A DNA stretch of 64,000 nt, taken from Chloroflexi bacterium UBA4730. Lineage in GTDB: Bacteria; Chloroflexota; Limnocylindria; P2-11E. Location: positions 13,529-77,528 of the forward strand of contig DHJC01000016.1 of the NCBI GenBank assembly GCA_002404155.1, given 5' to 3'. How positions within the stretch are numbered: the first letter of the stretch is position 1; the number at the start of each line of letters is the position of its first letter. This document shows, in pieces, positions 1 through 9,542 of this stretch. A program made the translations under genes and the position numbers. The notes beneath the pieces were generated by a model. That model did no database searches, had not been told where the DNA came from, and saw only the letters and a program-made list of their open reading frames with translations.

Positions 1-67
1 TGGTGCGTAGACACCACGAAGCCCTTAGGGCAAGCGCCATCGGGCTTTTGCCGAGTAGGTCGGACGG

Positions 68-892
68 GTGCACACGTCCGCAAAACCGCTGGATCTACTC
101 GCAGCGCGCGTCTGTGGCGCATGGCGCGAGGTGCCCCAGGTAGGCCGCGCGATTCCGGCGCAGCTTGCAGACTTACTTGACGAACGCACGGAGGGAGTAC
201 GCGATCTCGTGCAACTACCGCTCCTGCGAAGGGAGTTCACGAGCTGCCTGGATGCGTTTGAAAGTCTGTACGACCGCTGTACCGCCTGGACTGCCGGGCC
301 ATTCGCACCTTGGCTGGAGGCGAAGCTGGGCGCGATCGCTGAATTTGACGCACAGCTACGTGCGGACACAGGCCTGCGCTACGAGCTCGTGATCAGCGGT
401 TTGGGGCGCGAGCCCGCGCGAAGTGTCTGGAGCGCCACGCGCGCGAACCACTCCACGTTCGTGGCGTTCGATTACGGAGCACTCCTGTGGCACGACCCCA
501 GCGAACTGCGGGGTCCACTCGCGCACGAGTACGCGCATCGCACCACGAGCAACGCGTGGCGATTGCTGCTGGTGGCGGCGGCCGAGGCCCTCGCGTACGC
601 ACGGCGCGAGGTCAGTCTCGAGAAGGCCGAAGCGCTCCTCGATACTTGTTCTGCGCTGCGTCTGGAAGAAGAGTTTGCGACCGATGCCGAAGCCGTTCGG
701 CTGGTGGGTGCCGAAGTCGTGTTGGAAGGTCTCACACGCATGGAGCGCTCGAATACGCGCTTGAGCGCGCGGCTCGCGGAGAAAGGGGAGCGACTCAAGC
801 TGCGTCCGCCCTCGGAGGCCGAGGTGCGCTGGCCGCGTCATCCGTCATGGACGCAGCGCGTCGAGCGAGTCCAACGCGAGCGCCGCGCGTGA
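68..892 (+). CDS. M48-like zinc metallopeptidase-family protein
   Basis: HExxH (LAHEYAH), downstream EEEFATDAEA and C-terminal HPSWTQRV, the motif order of M48/HtpX-like peptidases. Confidence 0.6.
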   Translation: MHTSAKPLDLLAARVCGAWREVPQVGRAIPAQLADLLDERTEGVRDLVQLPLLRREFTSCLDAFESLYDRCTAWTAGPFAPWLEAKLGAIAEFDAQLRADTGLRYELVISGLGREPARSVWSATRANHSTFVAFDYGALLWHDPSELRGPLAHEYAHRTTSNAWRLLLVAAAEALAYARREVSLEKAEALLDTCSALRLEEEFATDAEAVRLVGAEVVLEGLTRMERSNTRLSARLAEKGERLKLRPPSEAEVRWPRHPSWTQRVERVQRERRA

Positions 893-1131
893 GCTGCGGT
901 CGATCGTCTAGGAGGCTGTTCCACATACGGACGTGCGAAGCACCGGGGCCAATGACTGCTGCGACTTAGTGGATCGCCTGATCAACGTGAACGCCCAGCG
1001 AAGGTCCAGGCCAGCAGGCCCGCGTTGGTTCTCTGGGAGAAGCGCTCCTGCGCCCGGGTCAGGAAGTCGTCTGCCAATACCTCAAGGAATTCGCTGAGAC
1101 GCTGCATCGCGCCAGGGGCATCCAGGGCACG

Positions 1132-1864
1132 TTGCCGTTTCTCTACGTTCAGGCCGCGGTGACTTCGACCGGCACGGTCTCGACGAAGTCGTTTTACGGG
1201 AAGACGCTCGACGCGGCCAACGACTCGCTCCTACCGCATCACCGCGTAGGTCGGCCGAGCCACGGCACAACTCCCACGGAAATCGCCCTAGAACGGGCCA
1301 CGCTCCGGATGCTCGCGAACCGGCAACCCTTCGTGCTCTGCATCGACGAGGCGCATCACCTCGGCATTCACTCCACCCCCCAACAGCGCGAAAAGAATCT
1401 CGACGCGATCAAGACCTTCGCCAACAGCGCGGCCGTGCCAATCTTGATGATGGGCAGCTACGAGCTGGTCGAGTTCGGGTATCTCTCAGGATGTCGCCGT
1501 CGGTCGACGCGTTCGCGAGGTCGACTTCCGTCGCTACGACATCGAGCTTCAAGCCGATGCGCTCGAGTTCCGCGCAGCCCTCCACTTCTTCGCGCAGCGG
1601 TTGCCCACAACGAACTACGACCTCATGTTCTCTCGGATCTACTTCCACGAGAAGACGGTTGGCTGCGTCGGCCTGCTGAAGACCTGGCTCGAGCGGGCGT
1701 ATTTCAGGGCGCTGTTCGCAGGTCGCGATGCGGTTGCCGAGGGCGACATCGTGGCGGAGGCGCCTGTGCCCGCAACTCATCGCGCCAGGCCCGGGCGAGC
1801 TCGGTGCTCGAGTACGCGAGCGTCGGACTGGACGACAACGAGCTCTCGGCATGCTGGTACTTAA
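1132..1864 (+). pseudogene. TnsC/TniB-like AAA+ transposition ATPase, 5'-truncated and frameshifted near 1490
   Basis: Walker B VLCIDEAHH and ILMMGSYEL in one frame; continues in another frame as GRRVREVDFRRY...EKTVGCVGLLKTWLERA; no Walker A seen. Confidence 0.7.
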
Positions 1865-2199
1865 CGCGGCTCATCCCATTCGATCTGAACCCACAGCGTC
1901 GGATCCGAGACCACACGCAGGAGATCTAACCGCGCTGCTTCGCTACTTCGTCGTATCGCGTCTAACCGGGAACCTGCCTCCCGAGCCCCGTAATCCGACG
2001 AGCCGATAACCTTTGGAGTCCGCATGCCAGATGAAAAAGTCCACAATTCGAGGCCAAGCACCATGCGACCAGACGCCGCGACCGCATTAATTACATCGGG
2101 GGCCACCGCGACCGGCCACGCGAAGTCACGTCCCACTTGCCGGGCTTGCGATCGGACATCCACGGGAATGAATCCCAACACTGCACTGCTGTCCATCAT
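1861..2199 (-). CDS. putative cognate immunity protein of the RHS toxin
   Basis: 112-aa ORF starting 5 nt after the RHS stop on the same strand; VLGLELW core reminiscent of polymorphic-toxin immunity proteins. Confidence 0.7.
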   Translation of the reverse strand: MMDSSAVLGFIPVDVRSQARQVGRDFAWPVAVAPDVINAVAASGRMVLGLELWTFSSGMRTPKVIGSSDYGAREAGSRLDAIRRSSEAARLDLLRVVSDPTLWVQIEWDEPR

Positions 2200-2204
2200 C
2201 TTTT

Positions 2205-5200
2205 CTAGTACCTGAATCCTGGGCCACCCACCTGGATCACTTGCCCGGTCTCGTCGTCAATAACGACTGACTGTCCCGTCTCCGGGTGAACGTATCGGGT
2301 GGCTGGAGTGCCGCCTCGAAGCCTATTGAGTGCTGGCACGCTATTTCCAGTCTCGTATGCCTCTTGAATCTGCTCCGGGGTCCATCCTCGTTTCCCCATT
2401 TGACTCTGGATCTTTGGCGAGAGTCCCTCCAGATCCGGCGAGGCCGGGCTCGCGGCCGTGCGGGGCTGCGTCGGCGTCACGGACTTTGGGGACGCCTCGT
2501 CGCCACCACCTCCGCCGCCTTCGTCCGCTATCGGACCTCCGCCATTTCCGCAGCCGTCACCCCCGCCTGTCGCATCGTCGAAGCACGTTGTGCCGGTCGG
2601 ATCCGCGTTCACGACCGGATTCGCCGCCCCATATGCGTATGCGTTGAGCCCAACAGGAATGGATGGGCCTCCGGGGACGGGGTCATCGGTCGTGAATCGT
2701 CCCGTCACTGGGTCATACCACCGGGCCCGCATGTACAGGAGTCCCGAGGGATCTTGGAGCTGACCGGCGTAGGCGAGGTATGAAGGAGTCGACGCGCCGC
2801 TGGATTGCGCGATCGCCCCGTACGCGCGGTAGCGGAACGAGGCAGTCACCGTGCCGGAGCCGTTCACCTCGGCCCGGACACTCTTGCCGCCGTCTCTCGC
2901 AAACGAGGCTGTCGAGCCATCAGCTTTCACGACATACAGCGGGCCGAGCCCGTAGACGATCCGGTCGCCTCCCTGGACGAGCGGCCGACTCGGGCTGGAG
3001 GCGGGATCCCACAGAAACGCAGTGGCTGCGCCTTGGGTTCTGGATTGCAGGAGGCCGTCGCCGTTGTATGTGTAGTTGCGAGCAATCGCGGAGACTGTGC
3101 TCGAGGTCATCCGGTCCAAAGCGTCATACCCGAAAGTGTCCGATCCGCGGTTGGTCAGACGATCCGCAGTGTTCCAGGTGAAGGTCTGGGTCCCGTCGCC
3201 GGTCAGGCGGTTGGACGTGTCGTACGTGTACATCGCACTGGGGCCGGTCCGGGTCGCGATGTTGCTACCGGGATCGAGGGTGAAGCTCTCGGGGTTCGTG
3301 GTCGTGCCGGCGGTGAGGCGCTCGAGCCCGTCGTAGCTGTAGCCGAAGTGATCGGTACCGGTGAGCGCCGCTCGGCGGGCTCGAATGTCCGCGTTGCCCG
3401 CGCGGTCGTCACGCCAGGCAGCTGCGATCTCACCAGGTCCGTAAGCCACGCTCGGACTCTGCTGGGCGGTCGAGCCGATGTCGTCGCTGACCAGAACTGA
3501 TGTCGTCCAGGTGTTGAGCCACGGGTCGTACTCGATGCCATAGACATCCGTGCTCGCGGCGCGATTGTCATGGAAGGCGACGAACGCCTTGCCGTCGGCC
3601 CGCACCGAGAGTGCGGTCGAGAGCGGTCGGGCGGCGGTGTCGGTCACGATGGAGCTGGCCGACCAGGTGGCGCTTCCGGCGACCAGCCGGCTCATCCGGA
3701 TCTTCGCCGGGGTCGTGCGGGCGTCGAGCCAGATCACCGTCACCGTACCCGTTGCATCGACGCCAACGCGAGCGTTGGTCTGAGCGGTTGTGCCCGGGTC
3801 ATCACTAACCTTCGTGTTGGCAGTCCACGCACTGGCGCCTGGGGCCAGCTTAGAGAAGTAGATGTCGGCGTTGCCGTTGCGACTGTCTTGCCAGACCGCG
3901 TAGGCGGTCCCGTCGGTCCCGACCGCGACATCCGGGAAGTCCTTCACCGCGGCGGTGTTGTCGGTGATCTTCTTGTTCGGACCCCAGGCAGTGCCGCCGG
4001 CGGTCGTCAGTTGGGCGGAGTAGATGTTGTTCTGGCTCGAGCGGAGATCGACCCAGACCGCGGTGTCCAAGCCGGCCGCCGTACCGGCGATCCGAGGATT
4101 CCGCTGTGCCGGATTGCCGGTGAGGTCGTCGTTGACTCTCACATTTGCCGTCCACACACCGGTGGCGCTCGTGCGCTTCGACGAGTAGATGTTCGTATCG
4201 ATCTTGTTGCTGGCGCCGTCGCGACTGTCTTCCCAGACCGCGTAGGCGTTGTTCGCCCCATCCGTGGCGATCGCGGGGTTCACCTGGACTCGCGTTCCCG
4301 TGTCGTCGTTGGCCTTCGTGTTAGGGCTGGACCAGGTCCCCGTCACCGGATCGCGTCTGGAGAAGTAGATGTTCGCGTTGCCGTCGCGAGCGTCGTCCCA
4401 GATCAGGTAGTGCGCGCCATCGGCGCCAAGGGCGATCGCGGGATGGTCTTGGACCGTCGTGCCCGTGTCGCTATTGACCTTGACGCTTGCCGCCCACGTT
4501 GTCGACGGGGCCGCGGTGATGCCGTCCACGTACTCATCGAGCGCCGTCCGATTGCCCTCGGCGTCAAGGGTGTAGGCGTGCCGGGTGCGCGTCGTCGTCC
4601 CGACGGCGTTGAGGACCAGCGTGAGTCGCTGGCCACGGTCGTAGGTGTAGGTCGTCAACAGGTTGTTCGGCAGGAGCAGGGTCTTCACCAGGCCGGACGC
4701 CGTGTACGTGTAGGTAGAGGTCCGTGCGCTCGCGTCGGTCAAGTGATCAAGCCGCCCACCCGGCGTGAACGTGTACGTCACCGTGTCCGCACCCGCCGGA
4801 TACGTCAGAACGGTCCGGTTTCCGTCGCGGTCGTAGGTATAGGTCAAGGCCCCGTTGGGCTGGGCGGCCTGGGTCATCCGGCCAAGTCCGTCGAATTGGT
4901 AGGTGGTCACCCCGGTCCCGTCGGTCATCTGGGTACGGTCGCCCGATCCGTCGTGCTGGTAGGTGATCGTGGTCAGCCCGCTCGCGGCCGTGCTCGTGAG
5001 ACGTGACAGAGCGTCGTAGGCGTTCGTCGTGACCTGCAGCTCAGGCGCCGGCGTCGTTTTCGTCAAGGTGTCGCCGTTGCCGTCGAGGGTGAGCGCCGTG
5101 GTGAGCGTAGTGCTCCCGTCCGGATGAGTCGATGAGGACACTGTGCGATCAAGCTCGTCGTACGTGTAGTCGGTCACCACGCCGTTGGCCTGGGTCACGT

Positions 5201-8200
5201 GAGTGGCATTGCCGTTCGGGTCGCGGGTGACCTGGGTGGTAAACGTGAGCGTCGGATTCCCGACCGGGCTGGGCTTCTGCTGGACCGTGGCGAGCCGCAC
5301 GTTGTTGTCGTACGTGTAGCTTGTGACGTTGCCGTCGCGGTCGGTCAAGGTCGATTGGTTTCCAGCGCCGTCATAGGTGTGCGCGACCGCTCCACCCAGC
5401 GGGTCGACCGCGCTCTTGACGCGGTCGTTCTCGTCGTAGGTCGTGAGCCACGTGTGATCCACGGCGTTCGCGCCGACGGCATAGCCATCAGGGTCGACCC
5501 GACTCGTCTGCCGGCCGGCTCCGTCGTAGGCGAACGTCGTCTTCGCGCCGTCGGGATCGATACGGGTGACGAGATTGCCCTGGGCGTCGTAGGTCAAGGT
5601 CGTGGCATACGCGTAGTCCGGCGTGCTATTGAGATTGCCGCGCGGCGCGATCGACCGTGTCGGCATTCCCTTGTTGGTCGCATCGCCATACTCGTACTTC
5701 GTCACGGCGCTGGTGGTCGCATCGATCTGTGCGGTGACAGACAACAGCACATTCGTCGTGGCGTCGTATGCATTGGTCGTCACGAACGTCCGCGGGTCGG
5801 TGATCTGCGTGAGGTTGTTCTTCGAGTCATAGACAAACTGCGTGACGTACCGGGGCGTCTGCTGATCGACCTGCGGGTCGGTCTTCGTGAGCACGTTGCC
5901 CCGGGTGTCGTACGTGTAGTCGGTGGTCTGATTGCTTCGGTCGGTCACGCTGGTCAAGTTCCCCGATGAGTCGTAGATGCGGGTCAGGGTCAGGCTCTGA
6001 CCGGACACGATGCGGGTGTCGATGAGCGCGCGCTTACGCGCGTCGTAGCTCTGGGTCGAGCTGTTGCCTCGGCCATCGACCGTCGTCGTCGCACCGCTGT
6101 TGTATGTGATGGTGGTCAGCTGGGTCAGTCCGTCGCGCTGTTGATAGACGCGGCCGCTGCCGTCGTACGTGTTGGTGATCCGCACGCGGTTGTCTGGATC
6201 GGTCACGGTCGTGAGGTGCTGGGTGGTCCCGTCGTAGGCGTATTTCCATTGGTGCTGGGTCGCCACCTGGCCGGCGGCGTTGCCGATCTTGTCGGTCACC
6301 GTCGCTAGGCGACCGCTTGTGTCGTACGCGTAGGTCACTTTCCGACCGAGCGGATCCTGGAGCTGGATGATCCGGTTCGAGGTGTCGTAGCCGATGGACA
6401 CGGCCCGGCTCACTGAGTCAGAGATGCTGGTGAGGTTTCCCGACGTGTACGTGAGCAAGATCTGATTCCCGGCGGGCTCGTGGACCCGGGTTAACTGACC
6501 GGTGGTGCTGAACTCGTACTGGGTCTGGCTCTTCAGGGTGAGGGTGAACGTGCCGTCGCCGTTCTTGACCATGGTGTCGAAGACATTCGGCGGATCGGCA
6601 TATGACCCGTCGACGTTGCGGGTGAACAGGTCGCGTTCGCCGTCGCCGCGGCGCAGGGAGACATATGCGCCGGCGTCGGAGACCTTCCAGTAGAAGGAGT
6701 GACTCCACGCCGGTCCCAGCGGTCCGTTCGAAGTGTCGGATGAGTTGTACGAACGAGTGAAGGTGAACGGTAGGATCCGGCCCGGCATCGTGAGGTCAGC
6801 TGCACCCGTCGTGTACACGCCGGTGCCGACGTTCACGTTCTCGGGTGTGTAGCCGCCGTTTCCATCGTTGCCGTACGTGTATGGAGCAACCGCGCCGGCG
6901 TCGACCGGTCCGCGGTCGCGGAGGAAAACGTCCGCAACAGCGTTCGTGTCCCCGGTGACAAGATTCGTGGAATACGAGTGGAACGCCACGTACCGGCCAT
7001 CGGCGCTCACCGACGGGTACTCTCCGCCCGAGTTGCCGATGGTCCCGGTCGAAGACTGGGAGATGAGCTCGACGGTTCCCTCCTGCTGATCCCGGAAGAA
7101 CACGTCGCTTACGCCATTGGTGTCGCCCGGGACCAGGTTCGTCTGGGCGGAATCGAACACGATAAAGCGAGCATCGCTGGAGAACTCGCCGCCGTCGGAG
7201 TTCTCGGCAATCCGAGTGATCAAGCCGGAATTCATATCACGCAGGAACAGATCGACGAAGCCATTGGTGTCGCCGTTGATCAGGTTGGTCGCGCCGGATC
7301 GAAACAGCACCTGGGAGCCGTCGCCGCTCACGGTCGCCGTATTGCTTTGGGCGTTGCCCTGCGTGCCGCCGGAGGTCACCGAAACCCGACGGGTCGTGCC
7401 GAGCGTCCGGTCACGGAGGTACACGTCGAAGATGACGCTCAGGTTGAGTTTGGGCATCGCGATATTCCAGGCGCGGCTCACGAAGCTCACGTAGCGACCG
7501 CTATCGGAGACCGCGGGTTGATCAACGTAATCATTCGCGACGGCGCCATCGTCTCCGATGGAGATGAAGTCGGTGATGCCCAACGTGAGGTCACGGAGGT
7601 AGATCCCCCCACCCGGAGCCGGGCCACCGAGATTCGCGCTGCTGCTGAACGCAACGGAATGGCCGTCCGCGGAGATGTACGGCTTTCCGCTGCTGGCGGC
7701 ACCCTGATTTCCTGCAGAGTCCACCGAGGCGCGCACCGTCGTGGCGAGCGTGAGGTCACGAACGAAGATGTCGGACTGACCATTCGTGTCGCCGGCGACG
7801 AGATCTGCGCCGAGGGACTCGAAGGCGACAAACCGTCCGTCGCTCGAAATGTTCGCGTAATCGCCGCCGCTCGCTCCGCCGGTGAGGTTGACCGAGACCA
7901 AGGTCGTGGTGTTGAGCTGCGTGTCGCGGACGTACACATTTCCGCCGCCTGCGTTGCCCGGGCCTGGCAGGTTCGGGGAGGCGGACCAGAAAACCACGTA
8001 GCGCCCGTCCGCCGAGATGTTGCGCGTGGGGAAGGCATCACCGGGCCAGGTCGAGGCCGCCGTGGTGGTCTGGAGGCCGGCGGAGGTGACCGAGACTCGT
8101 GAGGTCGTCGTCACCGCGGCGTACGCGATCGTGTCGCCACTCGTCCAGCGGCCCGTCTGGACAAACCGAGCGGCCTGGCCCGGCAGGCCGGATACGACGC

Positions 8201-8297
8201 CTGAGACAGCGACGACCAGGCTAAGCGCGATCGATAACGCAGCTCGGTGTGAGGAGCGCCAGCTTGCGTGGCCTGAACGCCGATTAGACCCGCTCAT
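2205..8297 (-). CDS. secreted RHS/YD-repeat polymorphic toxin with colicin E5-like C-terminal RNase
   Basis: N-terminal signal-like segment; TolB/PD40-like GDTNxxxDVFxRD repeats; DUF6531-like region (VNVGTG...FTRSYNS...GPLGPAW); many YD repeats; LLYMRARWYDPVTGRF...NPVVNADPTG core end; tip KIQSQMGKRGWT...PATRY...VVIDDETGQVIQV. Confidence 0.92.
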   Translation of the reverse strand: MSGSNRRSGHASWRSSHRAALSIALSLVVAVSGVVSGLPGQAARFVQTGRWTSGDTIAYAAVTTTSRVSVTSAGLQTTTAASTWPGDAFPTRNISADGRYVVFWSASPNLPGPGNAGGGNVYVRDTQLNTTTLVSVNLTGGASGGDYANISSDGRFVAFESLGADLVAGDTNGQSDIFVRDLTLATTVRASVDSAGNQGAASSGKPYISADGHSVAFSSSANLGGPAPGGGIYLRDLTLGITDFISIGDDGAVANDYVDQPAVSDSGRYVSFVSRAWNIAMPKLNLSVIFDVYLRDRTLGTTRRVSVTSGGTQGNAQSNTATVSGDGSQVLFRSGATNLINGDTNGFVDLFLRDMNSGLITRIAENSDGGEFSSDARFIVFDSAQTNLVPGDTNGVSDVFFRDQQEGTVELISQSSTGTIGNSGGEYPSVSADGRYVAFHSYSTNLVTGDTNAVADVFLRDRGPVDAGAVAPYTYGNDGNGGYTPENVNVGTGVYTTGAADLTMPGRILPFTFTRSYNSSDTSNGPLGPAWSHSFYWKVSDAGAYVSLRRGDGERDLFTRNVDGSYADPPNVFDTMVKNGDGTFTLTLKSQTQYEFSTTGQLTRVHEPAGNQILLTYTSGNLTSISDSVSRAVSIGYDTSNRIIQLQDPLGRKVTYAYDTSGRLATVTDKIGNAAGQVATQHQWKYAYDGTTQHLTTVTDPDNRVRITNTYDGSGRVYQQRDGLTQLTTITYNSGATTTVDGRGNSSTQSYDARKRALIDTRIVSGQSLTLTRIYDSSGNLTSVTDRSNQTTDYTYDTRGNVLTKTDPQVDQQTPRYVTQFVYDSKNNLTQITDPRTFVTTNAYDATTNVLLSVTAQIDATTSAVTKYEYGDATNKGMPTRSIAPRGNLNSTPDYAYATTLTYDAQGNLVTRIDPDGAKTTFAYDGAGRQTSRVDPDGYAVGANAVDHTWLTTYDENDRVKSAVDPLGGAVAHTYDGAGNQSTLTDRDGNVTSYTYDNNVRLATVQQKPSPVGNPTLTFTTQVTRDPNGNATHVTQANGVVTDYTYDELDRTVSSSTHPDGSTTLTTALTLDGNGDTLTKTTPAPELQVTTNAYDALSRLTSTAASGLTTITYQHDGSGDRTQMTDGTGVTTYQFDGLGRMTQAAQPNGALTYTYDRDGNRTVLTYPAGADTVTYTFTPGGRLDHLTDASARTSTYTYTASGLVKTLLLPNNLLTTYTYDRGQRLTLVLNAVGTTTRTRHAYTLDAEGNRTALDEYVDGITAAPSTTWAASVKVNSDTGTTVQDHPAIALGADGAHYLIWDDARDGNANIYFSRRDPVTGTWSSPNTKANDDTGTRVQVNPAIATDGANNAYAVWEDSRDGASNKIDTNIYSSKRTSATGVWTANVRVNDDLTGNPAQRNPRIAGTAAGLDTAVWVDLRSSQNNIYSAQLTTAGGTAWGPNKKITDNTAAVKDFPDVAVGTDGTAYAVWQDSRNGNADIYFSKLAPGASAWTANTKVSDDPGTTAQTNARVGVDATGTVTVIWLDARTTPAKIRMSRLVAGSATWSASSIVTDTAARPLSTALSVRADGKAFVAFHDNRAASTDVYGIEYDPWLNTWTTSVLVSDDIGSTAQQSPSVAYGPGEIAAAWRDDRAGNADIRARRAALTGTDHFGYSYDGLERLTAGTTTNPESFTLDPGSNIATRTGPSAMYTYDTSNRLTGDGTQTFTWNTADRLTNRGSDTFGYDALDRMTSSTVSAIARNYTYNGDGLLQSRTQGAATAFLWDPASSPSRPLVQGGDRIVYGLGPLYVVKADGSTASFARDGGKSVRAEVNGSGTVTASFRYRAYGAIAQSSGASTPSYLAYAGQLQDPSGLLYMRARWYDPVTGRFTTDDPVPGGPSIPVGLNAYAYGAANPVVNADPTGTTCFDDATGGGDGCGNGGGPIADEGGGGGGDEASPKSVTPTQPRTAASPASPDLEGLSPKIQSQMGKRGWTPEQIQEAYETGNSVPALNRLRGGTPATRYVHPETGQSVVIDDETGQVIQVGGPGFRY

Positions 8298-8546
8298 CGC
8301 AATCTCCCCGTCGCGGGTCTTCCTGTGATCAGCAACCCTGTAGGGGACAGTAGTCGGTGATCAGTGCCGGTCAACGGCCACTTGTGGGCGTACCAGTAAC
8401 AACACGAATGGCACTGCGGCTCGCAGTGACGGAGCCGTCAGTCTGGCTCGAGCCTCCAGCTCGACGCCTACACCAGGGTCGTGACGGCCCGATGGGTAGC
8501 TCGCTTGGCGGCAGCATCGCAAGTTGGCACCGAGAAAACATCTGAG

Positions 8547-9122
8547 ATGACACGCGGCATCGTCGGCGGCCAGGTCCCCCACCACGCGCGTGATGTATTC
8601 GGCTCCGAACCAGAACGACGAGAAGGTACGGCGGCCCACCGGGTCGTCGGACTGGGACGAACGTCTGCCTGCGTCCGACAGCTGCAGGCACGGCTGGTGC
8701 GTCGCGCCGACGCCGCCACGACCCGGGCTGAGCGCGATCAACTCAACAACCTCGCGCAAGACCTATCGATTCCCCTGACCCTTGAGCAGCTCGACGCGGC
8801 GAGGGACGAAACATCAGATGGCGACTCGCTCGCTCTGCTGCTTCTGGCCGTGCGCCATCATTGGGTGCGAGAGGGCGCCCCCCCCACTGAAGTCGCGATC
8901 CTCGACGAGACACTTCGGCCGCTGCGCCCTATCCCGGCGGGAACGATGGTTCGGCTGACTGAGGCTGGATCCGACGAACGTGAGCTCAGCGCATCGGGCA
9001 GGGTCCTCGGTCGGTTCCGCACCTGCCCCGAGGAGGGCTGCGGCTGGCAGGTCGCGGTCGGAAGGGCAGGCGGACTCACCACCTGGGATTGTGTCCGCGC
9101 GCTCGAGGTCGTCCTCCAGTAG
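8547..9122 (+). CDS. hypothetical protein
   Basis: Open frame with coding-like composition, divergent from the RHS gene; CPEEGC near the C-terminus. Confidence 0.5.
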   Translation: MTRGIVGGQVPHHARDVFGSEPERREGTAAHRVVGLGRTSACVRQLQARLVRRADAATTRAERDQLNNLAQDLSIPLTLEQLDAARDETSDGDSLALLLLAVRHHWVREGAPPTEVAILDETLRPLRPIPAGTMVRLTEAGSDERELSASGRVLGRFRTCPEEGCGWQVAVGRAGGLTTWDCVRALEVVLQ

Positions 9123-9203
9123 TCGCTCTGGAGGCGGTCCTTTGGATGACTGAACGCAGAAGTTCGTAGCCTCGATCCAGCCGCGAGATACCAGGTCGGG
9201 TTA

Positions 9204-9461
9204 CTAGTGCGTCGGCGGGATCAACCGGCGCACGCTGACGCCAAGCCGACGGCTGAAATGGACGAGCACCCGATAGCTCGGAGCGCTCTTCCCGAGCTCG
9301 ATCTGGCTGACGCCGGCTCTGGTCACGAAGGGCGTGCCCAAGGCCTCCATCGACAGCCCTGCCTTGAGACGGCGCTTCCGGATCTGCGCACCGAGCTCGC
9401 GTAGGGCGGTGCCGGTGGGCGCCGGCCGGCGGACACGATGTCGGATCGAACTCTTCGCCAC
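9204..9461 (-). CDS. XRE-family HTH regulator
   Basis: LGAQIRKRRLKAGLSMEALG...VSQIELGKSAPS; TAGGCT-6nt-GTG leaderless start. Confidence 0.85.
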   Translation of the reverse strand: MAKSSIRHRVRRPAPTGTALRELGAQIRKRRLKAGLSMEALGTPFVTRAGVSQIELGKSAPSYRVLVHFSRRLGVSVRRLIPPTH

Positions 9462-9542
9462 GGGCCGAGCCTAGCCGAGGCTCGCTGATGCTCCACCGTC
9501 GCACGGGCACTTGGACGCGACGCGCGAGTCGCGCACGAGCGA

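Noticed and set aside
1132-1864. Active Tn7-like or CAST transposon
   Set aside because: Only a broken ATPase fragment; no TnsB, TniQ or Cas genes in the window.
3570-8102. Long + strand ORFs antisense to the RHS gene (3570-5006, 6978-8102) and similar shadows elsewhere (14250-15548, 23333-24613, 59337-60746)
   Set aside because: Typical stop-poor antisense or alternative frames of GC-rich coding DNA, with no motifs.
8369-8400. ggtcaacggccacttg resembling the reverse complement of the IS21-like end at 54883, which would define a 46-kb composite element
   Set aside because: Only about 11 nt match, no terminal TG, no internal repeats and no target duplication visible.
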